Shown: positions 1 through 8,400 of the stretch, one piece after another
Layout of the letters: every line of letters begins with the position of its first letter
How positions within the stretch are numbered: position 1 is the first letter of the stretch
Origin: a virus
Taxonomy: Duplodnaviria; Caudoviricetes
IMG/VR virus record: IMGVR_UViG_3300005611_000021
Location: 743-64,742 of that record
DNA: 64,000 nt
Direction: 5' to 3' (one strand)
The notes under the pieces: model-generated
Databases searched by the model: none
The model's input: only the letters and a program-made list of their open reading frames with translations
What the model was told of the DNA's origin: nothing
Made by a program: the position numbers and the translations under genes

Positions 1-2
1 TA

Positions 3-470
3 AAAAGAACTCTTGCCGCAAGCGGTGTGGGGGCTGGCGTCGGGGCACTCGTGAGGGGAAAAAAAGGCGCGGCAATAGGAGCCGGGGGTGGAGCTTTGGC
101 GGGTCTTATTCCGCGATCTGTTTTAGAGAAAGCGGAACGGGCGACTGAAAAGCGACTTAAAGCTCGGGCAGCCCGAAAAGCCGCAACGCACAAGAAGCGA
201 GCAAAAGAGTGGGAGATGAGCTCACTCGAGACGATCTTTGAACTAGCATGTGGCCCCAATCGATACGAAGAGACGGAATCCCTTCTCAAGTCGCTCTCAG
301 ATGCAAAACTGCGTCAAATTGCGAAACGTCGAGAGAGAGAACTCGGGCCAGATACCAAAATCAGCGAGGAAGATGAAGCGCTCAACTCCCTTCGCTGGCG
401 GGCAAAAGATGAACTCCGGGAACGCAAGCGCATCCAGGTTCTCCGCAAACTTGCTGGCGTAAAGTCATGA
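3..470 (+). CDS. Basic Gly-zipper protein, 5' end truncated by window edge (putative internal head protein family)
   Basis: Frame is open from base 3 (KRTLAASGVGAGVG...); GAAIGAGGGALAG motif and K/R-rich tract; ATGA overlap with next gene. Confidence 0.7.
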   Translation, partial: KRTLAASGVGAGVGALVRGKKGAAIGAGGGALAGLIPRSVLEKAERATEKRLKARAARKAATHKKRAKEWEMSSLETIFELACGPNRYEETESLLKSLSDAKLRQIAKRRERELGPDTKISEEDEALNSLRWRAKDELRERKRIQVLRKLAGVKS

Positions 471-1675
471 AAACAGCACTAATGAAGATTGCACGGCCTT
501 TCGCCCATAAGAAACGGCGTTCAAACCTCGATGACGAGGATGAGGTTCCTGGGGACGGCCGCATCCCAAAAGAGCTCATGATGAGTGAGAAAGTCTTCCG
601 GAAGCTCATGATGTTCTCCAAGGCGGTTGCCGGGGTTGATCCCAACTTGATCCAGCAACTCGTTGAAGATGCCTCACGTATCCAGCAAGAGGGGCAAACC
701 AAGATCTTGGTATCCCAACAGCTTTTCCAACAGATCCAGGCAGCATTAGCCAATTACCAGATCCAGAAGCAACAGGTTGACGGCATGACCGTTGATCGCA
801 TACAGTCATTTGAAAGCATGAACACGAAATCCTACCAAGAACTTTGCGCCAACAAGGAATCCATCGAGCTTGAGGCTATCAACAACCCGATCGAATTTGC
901 CAAAAAGGATGATGATGAAGGCCGCTTCAAAAAAGGCGGTTTTCGTGATATTGGAACGGTCGCAGCGGGAGGTGCAGCAGGTGCAGGTGCAGGTGCGCTT
1001 ATCGCCCATGGAATCTACCAGGGAAGCAAGAAGCATGACGCCTCGAGTGCGAAATCCCCCTGGCTCTACCGATCGACCCAAAAAGAGTCGAAAAACGCCA
1101 AGGGCGAAACGATCCCGGCCCGGAAAGGGCTTGGCCTGGGGACAAAGGATGCCGAACGTGCGATTAGCCGGAATAAGGATATCGGTGAGTTTAAGCCGCC
1201 GGTAAACAAGCAGACCGGTAGCCCTTATTCCTCGCAATCTGAGGCTTTCAAGAAGGCCAAAGCGAAGTATGAGAAGACAAAGAAGGCCGCCCCAGGCAAG
1301 GTGGAACGCAACACGAAACGGATCGCCGGGGTGAAGCGCAAGATCTACACCACAGGTATCGCGGGAGGTGCGGCTCTTGGTGTTGCTGGTGCCGGGATTT
1401 ATGCAGCGATCAGCCGGGAGAACAAGGAGCAGGCAAAACGCCGGTATGCCCGCGGAATGAACAAGGATGGAGCCTCGAAGTTTCGTGGCCGTACTGAGTT
1501 TAGCGTTCCCGCTCCACGAGCCAAAAGCGTTCGTGTTCTCACCCAGGAGCAATTTGAAGCGGCACAAAAAAAGCGCGAAAGAATACTCACTCGCGCTAAG
1601 CGTGCTGGAACAACCAGATCATCGTCTCCGGGATTCAATACACCCGCGACAACTCCCGTTTCACCTGGATATTAG
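467..1675 (+). CDS. Basic Gly-zipper protein with IEFA motif (putative internal head/ejection protein)
   Basis: 402 aa; NNPIEFAKK; two Gly-zipper helices (AAGGAAGAGAGA, GIAGGAALGVAGAG); K/R-rich. Confidence 0.75.
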   Translation: MKTALMKIARPFAHKKRRSNLDDEDEVPGDGRIPKELMMSEKVFRKLMMFSKAVAGVDPNLIQQLVEDASRIQQEGQTKILVSQQLFQQIQAALANYQIQKQQVDGMTVDRIQSFESMNTKSYQELCANKESIELEAINNPIEFAKKDDDEGRFKKGGFRDIGTVAAGGAAGAGAGALIAHGIYQGSKKHDASSAKSPWLYRSTQKESKNAKGETIPARKGLGLGTKDAERAISRNKDIGEFKPPVNKQTGSPYSSQSEAFKKAKAKYEKTKKAAPGKVERNTKRIAGVKRKIYTTGIAGGAALGVAGAGIYAAISRENKEQAKRRYARGMNKDGASKFRGRTEFSVPAPRAKSVRVLTQEQFEAAQKKRERILTRAKRAGTTRSSSPGFNTPATTPVSPGY

Positions 1676-1681
1676 TTGACA
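1675..1681 (+). promoter_or_regulatory. GTTGACA motif (candidate late promoter element)
   Basis: Same heptamer precedes many structural genes; here 64 nt before the ATG at 1739, so spacing is atypical. Confidence 0.35.
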
Positions 1682-1738
1682 TCCCTGGCTTTGGTTTTAA
1701 CCACTGGGATCTCTATTATGAACTAAACGAAAACCATC

Positions 1739-2698
1739 ATGAACCTGAATATCACCCAAATTTTCCCGAATTTCACCCTCACAGCGGCCGCGGCTACCAA
1801 AGCTGCCCTGGCGAATGCCATCGAAGCGGCTGGAGCGAATGATGCGGATTCTTTCACTATTGACCTGGGAGGCACGACAACGATCGTCACCCTCGTTTCA
1901 GCACTAGGCGGCGCGGCCGCAACCGAGATCCAGGTCGTCCGAAGTGGTACGGCCACAACTGATCGAGATCGCCTTCGCAAGGCTATCAATGGAACTGAGG
2001 ATACCAATGTCGGCTATGGGTCCAGCCTGGACGCTGCGGAAGGTGTCCAGGGCGTAAAGGCGGCCAATGGTACTGGCACGACTCTTTCACTCGAGGCAGA
2101 GACCGCGGGGGCATCCACCATCACTCTCGCAAATGCTACGGGTACCGTGGCCACAGCGGGAGCGGATACTGGTACAGATGCCAGCGGTACGGCCAACATT
2201 CCCCTTTCTGACCTTTCTCTCACTGAGAATGACTTCACTCTGGCTGAAGGCGGGCAAGGAGGAGGTGACTACCGCAAATTCGGCTATCACTTCGTCCGTA
2301 AGCTTTTCGATTACCTGAAGCTTCAGGAATCCGTCGCCTCCATCACCATTACGGCCGGCGGCGCCGGTTACTCCGTTGGGGATGTCCTGGTTTTCTCTGG
2401 TGGAAGTCCGACTCGAGTTGCTGCGGCCGCCGTTTCTACTATTGACGGCAATGGAGCGATCACTGGTGTAACAATTTCGGATGCTGGAGAAGGTTATGAC
2501 TCCACTCCCGCTATTTCAGTCACATCCTCGACTGCAACATCCACAGCGACCCTTTCTGCCACCCTCACAGATCTGTTGCCAGCGAACTTCGGTGTCACCC
2601 GCTCTGGAGTTTCGGAAATCGGCGATCAGCTACGCCGGACCTACAACGTGCAGATTGACTTCTCTGAAGGCGGTCTCGAGGTCGCTCCAGAGTCTTAA
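1739..2698 (+). CDS. Ala/Thr/Gly-rich putative virion structural protein (fibre/collar-like)
   Basis: 319 aa; ITITAGGAGYS...ITGVTISDAGEGYDSTP repeats of a type common in phage structural proteins; terminator follows. Confidence 0.7.
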   Translation: MNLNITQIFPNFTLTAAAATKAALANAIEAAGANDADSFTIDLGGTTTIVTLVSALGGAAATEIQVVRSGTATTDRDRLRKAINGTEDTNVGYGSSLDAAEGVQGVKAANGTGTTLSLEAETAGASTITLANATGTVATAGADTGTDASGTANIPLSDLSLTENDFTLAEGGQGGGDYRKFGYHFVRKLFDYLKLQESVASITITAGGAGYSVGDVLVFSGGSPTRVAAAAVSTIDGNGAITGVTISDAGEGYDSTPAISVTSSTATSTATLSATLTDLLPANFGVTRSGVSEIGDQLRRTYNVQIDFSEGGLEVAPES

Positions 2699-2725
2699 TT
2701 TAAGCCTATAAACGGTTTTCGGTTC

Positions 2726-2756
2726 AAGGGCGTTCCCATTCGTGGGGCGCCCTTTT
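2726..2756. terminator. Intrinsic terminator between convergent arms
   Basis: aagggcg...cgccctttt hairpin with T-tract, between + gene ending 2698 and - gene ending 2758. Confidence 0.75.
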
Positions 2757-2757
2757 G

Positions 2758-2988
2758 CTATTCGCTTCTCGCCTGGTGCATTATCAAACTCTTCTCGTGG
2801 ATGCCTTCGTAAATGTCACCCAAAGAGTGAACATCATAGAACCAGCCTCCAAAGCGTGTTTCATCTCGATAAGCCTCTGATACTACGACACCAGACTGGA
2901 TCACAGCAGGGGCGCCCGGAGGGGCGATATTGAAGAAGACTTGATCCTCTTCATAGAATTTCGGACGGAATGAACGGATGGGAATCAT
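2758..2988 (-). CDS. Small protein with MIPIR N-terminal tag
   Basis: 76 aa, starts MIPIRSFR; ATGA-coupled. Confidence 0.8.
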   Translation of the reverse strand: MIPIRSFRPKFYEEDQVFFNIAPPGAPAVIQSGVVVSEAYRDETRFGGWFYDVHSLGDIYEGIHEKSLIMHQARSE

Positions 2989-3209
2989 AGCCTCGAGACT
3001 ACATCACACGAGACATGGTATCTCTTTCCGTTTGTATCCAGCTCAACAACATAGGTTGCCTTCCGGATACCCCTTCCGTCATCAACGAGTTGCTGAATCT
3101 TTCCCGTGTAAACTGAGAGGCCATCCCCAATATCTATACGACACCACACGAGTTCACCTGTAAGGAATTCGCCTTCGCCTTTTTTGGATGATCTGACTGG
3201 GATGCTCAC
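2985..3209 (-). CDS. Small protein with MSIPVR tag, SH3/KOW-like
   Basis: 74 aa; GELVWCRIDIGDGLSVYTGKIQ beta-barrel-like pattern; ATGA-coupled. Confidence 0.8.
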   Translation of the reverse strand: MSIPVRSSKKGEGEFLTGELVWCRIDIGDGLSVYTGKIQQLVDDGRGIRKATYVVELDTNGKRYHVSCDVVSRL

Positions 3210-3643
3210 ATTTCACCCTCCCATGGCTTGAGAACCGCGCTCGACTCGAGGTAGAATTTCCCATTGTGCATGAGGAGGTACCATGGGAGGTTTTTGATTG
3301 TCCCTTTTTCGCACATCTCTCTGTACGCTGGCCCAGGTTTCGTGAAGTCGATATGTAATCCTGATCCAATCCTCACGAGCATCTTGAGGACGATAGCGAC
3401 CGCATCATTCGGGAGATATCCCGCCCGAGCCTCCGTGAATGGGACAGCCTTTCCAGTGAGCCAGATGGCGGCATTCCACTTGCACTCTCGCATGTAGGAG
3501 GAGTATCTGGCCTTGACTGGGGGGCCACCCGCGACAGATGACAGAACGCGGCATTTGGGGCGAAGGACAACCGCATCACTTTCTTTATACCAGAGGGTCC
3601 ATTTTTCCGTTACAGGGATTTTGCCTCGGATTGGAATGCTCAT
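3206..3643 (-). CDS. Protein with MSIPIR tag (145 aa)
   Basis: Start re-assigned to ATG at 3643, which overlaps the upstream stop (ATGA). Confidence 0.8.
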   Translation of the reverse strand: MSIPIRGKIPVTEKWTLWYKESDAVVLRPKCRVLSSVAGGPPVKARYSSYMRECKWNAAIWLTGKAVPFTEARAGYLPNDAVAIVLKMLVRIGSGLHIDFTKPGPAYREMCEKGTIKNLPWYLLMHNGKFYLESSAVLKPWEGEM

Positions 3644-3876
3644 TCTGCGGATAACTCCGTATACCAATAATTGCGATAGATGGGGGCGTCTTTCCACGCA
3701 TTTATTTCCACCTGACACATTCGTTTTTCCGGCCAGGTCGCCACAACCGTTCCCGCGTATCCACGGAATCCGCACCCCTGCTTCTGGATGAATACCGTGT
3801 CTCCACAAGTGGCTTCATTGAGTGGAGTGTACCAGGTTCGACTACTGCCATGCCATGCTCTTACTGGAATGCTCAT
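3640..3876 (-). CDS. Small protein with MSIPVR tag, KOW-like
   Basis: Start at 3876 (ATGA overlap); CGDTVFIQKQGCGFRGYAGTVV. Confidence 0.8.
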   Translation of the reverse strand: MSIPVRAWHGSSRTWYTPLNEATCGDTVFIQKQGCGFRGYAGTVVATWPEKRMCQVEINAWKDAPIYRNYWYTELSAE

Positions 3877-4277
3877 CTCGAGTTCTTCTTTCGCTTGATT
3901 CTCCAGACTGCCGGCTCGTGTATGTATCCAAGGCGAGAATCCGGGGTCCATGTGTCCGGGTTGGCATCCAGCCAGACTTCAGATGCAATGAAGGGTTTTG
4001 TTTGGAATTTGTATTTCCATGAGTCTACACGAATCCCATGCTCATCACTCACCCATTCCTTTTGTATGAGCCGAACACAGATACTTTGTTTGTATGTGTG
4101 GTGCTGGAGGATGTATGGCCGATGGAAGTCAAATGAGAGGTCAGAGACAAACTTGAATGTCGTGGAAACAAGTGGCTTCGCCTTTATACCCATGGTTAGC
4201 CTTCCTCGGGTGAATGAGAACAGGGCTGTCTTCTCCGCATCAATACGATGGATTGTATTCAGAACCGGGATGCTCAT
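3873..4277 (-). CDS. Protein with MSIPVL tag
   Basis: Start at 4277 (ATGA overlap). Confidence 0.75.
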   Translation of the reverse strand: MSIPVLNTIHRIDAEKTALFSFTRGRLTMGIKAKPLVSTTFKFVSDLSFDFHRPYILQHHTYKQSICVRLIQKEWVSDEHGIRVDSWKYKFQTKPFIASEVWLDANPDTWTPDSRLGYIHEPAVWRIKRKKNSR

Positions 4278-4606
4278 GATGGGAATGGCATTTTGAAGTG
4301 TCTCAACACGATGGCCTTCACTTGTGGATGCCTGATGCCCGCACAACCCTTCCAGCCTTCAATCTTTGGAACGACAAACTTGAGACTGCCTCGTGTGCAG
4401 ATCAAGTCCTCATTCCACCAATACTGGCCATCACCCCATGCGAATGCCGCGGTAATGTTCTTAATGTCAGGAATCCGGATCACAAGGGCATGACGGATGC
4501 CATATCTCCGTTGAGCGGCCTCAAGGTAAGTATCCGCGAATTCGATGATATTGGTTTCAATGTTGCCAACGTCCCGATCCCAAACGGCTCTGACTCGTAA
4601 ACTCAT
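4274..4606 (-). CDS. Small protein with variant tag MSLRVR
   Basis: 110 aa; ATGA-coupled at both ends. Confidence 0.75.
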   Translation of the reverse strand: MSLRVRAVWDRDVGNIETNIIEFADTYLEAAQRRYGIRHALVIRIPDIKNITAAFAWGDGQYWWNEDLICTRGSLKFVVPKIEGWKGCAGIRHPQVKAIVLRHFKMPFPS

Positions 4607-4830
4607 CGCTTCGCCTCCGGGATGTATTGCAGCTCATCATCTAGTGACCAGCCGGGTGTCACGAGATCCAGGTCAATCTCGACATGGTAATCGAGACCAA
4701 TAGGCTTCACGATTGCCGTGGATTCCCGAACCTCAATAGCGCGACCGACAAGCCCATAGTGATCTCGATGCCAGATCGTGACCAACTTCCCTTCAATGAT
4801 CCTCTCCATGCCTTTGATGGGGATGCTCAT
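4603..4830 (-). CDS. Small protein with MSIPIK tag, SH3/KOW-like
   Basis: Start at 4830 (ATGA overlap); EGKLVTIWHRDHYGLVGRAIEV. Confidence 0.8.
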   Translation of the reverse strand: MSIPIKGMERIIEGKLVTIWHRDHYGLVGRAIEVRESTAIVKPIGLDYHVEIDLDLVTPGWSLDDELQYIPEAKR

Positions 4831-5039
4831 AAGACCTCGATTTCCTCCGGCTTGCAGGCCAGTCGCATGACTTTTCCCCTTGTTTCGTATTGCACCACAT
4901 AGGGCATGATGTTGTTCATATTCTCCTCGATCACGATGCCACCCTTGATGTCCTCGAATGAGGATGGCATCCGAAAGGTGAATCTGACTGCCCGGCCGAT
5001 TAAGGTTTTGCGTGCACGGAATGAACGAACCGGGATCAT
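4827..5039 (-). CDS. Small protein with MIPVR tag
   Basis: 70 aa, starts MIPVRSFR like the 2988 gene; ATGA-coupled. Confidence 0.8.
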   Translation of the reverse strand: MIPVRSFRARKTLIGRAVRFTFRMPSSFEDIKGGIVIEENMNNIMPYVVQYETRGKVMRLACKPEEIEVL

Positions 5040-5320
5040 ACGAGCATGTTCTTGATTTCGAATGGAACTTCATTAGCATCAACCTTCTGTACTTCGTGTA
5101 TGGAGAATGGGGTTTCCACCGTTTGCTCATCACGCACACCAGCTTCATGCAGGACAATGTATGGATATGGGACACCATCATGAATGCGTAGCAGTAACCC
5201 GTAGAATGAACCCAATGTTGCCGTGACCTTTACGAAGTCGCCCACCTTGAGGGTGAGCTCGTCCGCGATCTGCATGGCGGCCTCGGTGCTGATGTTGAGC
5301 GTCTTTATCGGGATGCTCAT
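5036..5320 (-). CDS. Small protein with MSIPIK tag, KOW-like
   Basis: Start at 5320 (ATGA overlap); KVGDFVKVTATLGSFYG. Confidence 0.8.
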   Translation of the reverse strand: MSIPIKTLNISTEAAMQIADELTLKVGDFVKVTATLGSFYGLLLRIHDGVPYPYIVLHEAGVRDEQTVETPFSIHEVQKVDANEVPFEIKNMLV

Positions 5321-5598
5321 ATTCCAGCAACAACATCGAGTGTCTTGGATGCTCGAAGTGTAGGTGACATGGCATAGCGGCCATAGGGTGAGATGCACTC
5401 CTCATTATCAACGATGGAGATGCCACGCCTTCTCTCGGCACCATCCACCATGATCGTGACGGTCTTTTCCGTGCGGGAGAGGACTTCATGCTTATAGATG
5501 CAATCGTAGTCGCCGATCGAGCGGGTTGCATAGACCTTTCCCACTTCAAACCGGATTGGAGCGATTGTGCTTTTGAGAGACTTGATTGGAATGCTCAT
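5317..5598 (-). CDS. Small protein with MSIPIK tag
   Basis: 93 aa; FEVGKVYATRSIGDYDC pattern; ATGA-coupled. Confidence 0.8.
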   Translation of the reverse strand: MSIPIKSLKSTIAPIRFEVGKVYATRSIGDYDCIYKHEVLSRTEKTVTIMVDGAERRRGISIVDNEECISPYGRYAMSPTLRASKTLDVVAGI

Positions 5599-5969
5599 TG
5601 CAGATCACGCAGCGGGATCGGCCAAGCTTCTTCATAGGCATCAGCCATCTCGCCTGCATCTTCATAGACATCCTCATAGGCGGGCTTGAACCCTTCCTTG
5701 ATCTCATGAACCGCCTCTTCCCCGAGTTCCTTGCATCTCATGGTGAGGAAACCCGCACATTCCTTGGATTCTTCCGTGCGAGCGGTATCCTCCTCGCCTT
5801 CCTCATTCTCAACATAACCAAGGGTTTTGTGGCATGGGAAGTCTGAGTATGGGTTTTGAGCTGCATAGGCGATATCCGCCGCCCTATCCGGATGAAGGAA
5901 GGGTTTCACATTCGTCTTGAATGGGCAATGTTGGCAAGGCTTTTCCATGAATGACTTTTCGCTACTCAC
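5595..5969 (-). CDS. Cys/His protein (PCxxCPF...FPCH...CAG), DUF6283-like
   Basis: Motif pattern recalled from phage proteins. Confidence 0.55.
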   Translation of the reverse strand: MSSEKSFMEKPCQHCPFKTNVKPFLHPDRAADIAYAAQNPYSDFPCHKTLGYVENEEGEEDTARTEESKECAGFLTMRCKELGEEAVHEIKEGFKPAYEDVYEDAGEMADAYEEAWPIPLRDLQ

Positions 5970-6832
5970 TTCTCTGCCCTCCTGAGTTCTCGCAGTTTAC
6001 GAACTGCCCAATCCATATTATCCTTGACCTTGAGTTGGCGGCCTTCGGGGGGCAAGAGTCCTTCCTCTTCGACAAACTCCCGCCAACGGCCAGGTCGTTT
6101 GCTCGATGGATTACGCGTGCCCTTGATGCCATTTCTCCAAAGTCCCTGGATGGCTGTGAGGTTCGGTTGAGCTTTGTCTTCCATCTCGAGAGCTTTTCGG
6201 AGAAGATCCGGATGCTTTTTTGCCAAAAGCCGAACTTCGCTCTTTTGCATCGATGGGCAAAAGAAACATGCGGATTTGACTGGTATCGGTAAGCCTGCTT
6301 GCTTGATCTCTTCCTTGCACTGCTCTCGATTCCATCCCCATTCTCGTAATGGATACCGGTAGGTGTATCTGGAATTGCTTTCAAGGATACCACCGCCGCG
6401 GCAAGAATCCTTTGGACCCGCATCGTATCCGATGAGTCGTTCGAGCTTCCCTCCCGCGGCCATGTATTGACCGAAATGGGGGTGATCCTCAAGCCACTTA
6501 TCCATTGGAGCCACTTTCCATTTGAGCGAGCAGGACTTCCGTCCGAATGCGATAGATGGGAGTGTGGAGTTTTGGATGCAATTCCCGTACAGGTCGGAGT
6601 AGGGGCCATGCTTGAACTTTTTTGGTTTGTATCTGACGACTGTAATCGGAGGGAATCCGACCTTCTTGAGCCATGGGGCCATGGTTTTCTCCAAGAAGGT
6701 GTATGTCTCCGGCCATTCATTCCCCACATCAGCGAAGAGGATGGCCGCAGGATACCAACCGAGATCATACATACCAACGAGCATCGCTGTGGAATCAACA
6801 CCTCCGCCATAACTAACGATCCTGTTGTTCAT
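5966..6832 (-). CDS. PAPS-reductase-family (adenine nucleotide alpha hydrolase) protein
   Basis: PP-loop SYGGGVDS, CSLKWK, KSACFFCP. Confidence 0.85.
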   Translation of the reverse strand: MNNRIVSYGGGVDSTAMLVGMYDLGWYPAAILFADVGNEWPETYTFLEKTMAPWLKKVGFPPITVVRYKPKKFKHGPYSDLYGNCIQNSTLPSIAFGRKSCSLKWKVAPMDKWLEDHPHFGQYMAAGGKLERLIGYDAGPKDSCRGGGILESNSRYTYRYPLREWGWNREQCKEEIKQAGLPIPVKSACFFCPSMQKSEVRLLAKKHPDLLRKALEMEDKAQPNLTAIQGLWRNGIKGTRNPSSKRPGRWREFVEEEGLLPPEGRQLKVKDNMDWAVRKLRELRRAEK

Positions 6833-7065
6833 CGCTTTGGCTGATTCCAGTCTGCCCGGCTCTTTGCCTGCTCTTGGCAGTGGATGGCATAGGCTTTTGC
6901 GTTACAGGGGTCACAGCGGACCCCTTGGAGCTTGACTCCATTCCACAATTCGACGGGAGGTCCCAGGCGGCGGCCGCAATCCTTGCACCGTGGTACATCC
7001 GCCTTTGCGTCAAGGACATCCTGTGGAGGGGTTCCGAATAGGTCATCATTTGCTTCGCTTGTCAT
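6829..7065 (-). CDS. Small CxxC...CxxC zinc-finger-like protein
   Basis: CKDC and CDPC; coupled to next gene. Confidence 0.6.
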   Translation of the reverse strand: MTSEANDDLFGTPPQDVLDAKADVPRCKDCGRRLGPPVELWNGVKLQGVRCDPCNAKAYAIHCQEQAKSRADWNQPKR

Positions 7066-7170
7066 AGGGAGCTAGTATTTCAGTTGAAACGCCTGTTTTG
7101 GAAGCCTTGAATGCCCCTTCTGCCACCGGATAGGTGGAAACGTGCATGAAGAGGTCTTCTAAGAGTTCCA

Positions 7171-7377
7171 TCATTGGTCGAATTCCTCGGGTTCATCACC
7201 ATCCCACTCCCAGTCACCACTGACGACTTTATCCGCCGCATGGGGGCCAGAGTGGAATTTACTTTTGTTCGCCAGATCTTCCGCTTCTTCCCAGTCTTCC
7301 GCAAGGACTGTTGCGGTTTCCTGAACAGATACGGTCTTGCATCTCGTAACGGTGAATAGTTTAGCACTCATGCTCAA
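7171..7377 (-). CDS. Hypothetical protein
   Basis: 68 aa acidic ORF; ATGA overlap. Confidence 0.6.
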   Translation of the reverse strand: MSMSAKLFTVTRCKTVSVQETATVLAEDWEEAEDLANKSKFHSGPHAADKVVSGDWEWDGDEPEEFDQ

Positions 7378-7733
7378 AGGTTCCTTTCAAGTATATCCTT
7401 GACGATTCCTTCGTAGAACTCAAGCCGACTTCTGGGGATATCCCTGCGTTGCCGGATGAGGAAGAACTCCGGGTCTTTGCCGAGCGGGTATGCGTATTCG
7501 TATCCGTGGACTTCAATATCTTCAATCTCCGTCTCCGTGCAGTGGTGTGTGCCAGGCTCTCCGCCGGTGCAATGGGTCCCTGCGTAGTCGAAAGAGGCAT
7601 CTCTCTCAATCTTTTGGTGAGTTGCGAATATCGCGGTGATTTCATATCCATTGAGGTCGAAGAGTTCGCCGGTTCCTGCCTGGTCGATTTCGATTCGATT
7701 TTCATCCGTACAGGATTCTAGTGCCTTAATCAT
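7374..7733 (-). CDS. Hypothetical protein
   Basis: Probable start MIKALE at 7733. Confidence 0.6.
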   Translation of the reverse strand: MIKALESCTDENRIEIDQAGTGELFDLNGYEITAIFATHQKIERDASFDYAGTHCTGGEPGTHHCTETEIEDIEVHGYEYAYPLGKDPEFFLIRQRRDIPRSRLEFYEGIVKDILERNL

Positions 7734-8400
7734 ACAGATCTCCCCCTGGCTCCTCATACTCAGGTACGACTCTCCCCTCGAATTCAGACAGGTTGCGTTC
7801 CATGGATTTGAGATCCTTCCGGGCTTCTTCTTCCGTATCGTAGAGGCTCAACTCATAGGTTTCTCCATTGTCGTGAGACTCCTTGAGGTCACACCAGTGT
7901 CCATGCACATTCGGCATCTGGATCTTGTATTGGCATTTCACCTCACGATATCCCCCATTATGCTCCATCCACTTCTCGAGAGTAGTAGGCCATGCGGGAT
8001 GTTTTGGAATGAATCTATGCAGGGGCGGGACGGTTTCGTAGTCATCGGAGATCTGACCGGTCGAACCGGAACCTGTTTTGTGGTTGGGTTCCCATTGATG
8101 GCCGTATGTCCATCGGTAGGGAACTTCACTGAAGCCCACGGTGCAGGCTTCCATGGTTTCCGTATTGAGGATCTTGAGGAAATACCAGCCTTCGCCAGGA
8201 TCAATCACACGGTATCCGTGATGAACCAATTCCTTCGCCCGGATGGTCAACCCCTTCTTGATCCATAGATGCCGATGCCGGTAGCAAAACCAGTAGTCTT
8301 TATTTTCAGCGGGCGTCCTGGTCTTGGGGTCGTAGGGCTTCGGCTCCGGCATCACGAATTTGATCTCAATCCCGTGTGGATTAGTGAGTGGCTTAATCAT
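7726..8400 (-). CDS. Hypothetical protein
   Basis: 224 aa, coupled to upstream gene. Confidence 0.65.
   Translation of the reverse strand: MIKPLTNPHGIEIKFVMPEPKPYDPKTRTPAENKDYWFCYRHRHLWIKKGLTIRAKELVHHGYRVIDPGEGWYFLKILNTETMEACTVGFSEVPYRWTYGHQWEPNHKTGSGSTGQISDDYETVPPLHRFIPKHPAWPTTLEKWMEHNGGYREVKCQYKIQMPNVHGHWCDLKESHDNGETYELSLYDTEEEARKDLKSMERNLSEFEGRVVPEYEEPGGDLYD

Noticed and set aside
2758-5598. ATGAGCATYCC as a DNA recombination site (integron-like cassette array)
   Set aside because: Third codon positions vary freely, there are no inverted repeats or spacers, genes overlap by ATGA, and no recombinase is present; the constraint is on the peptide.
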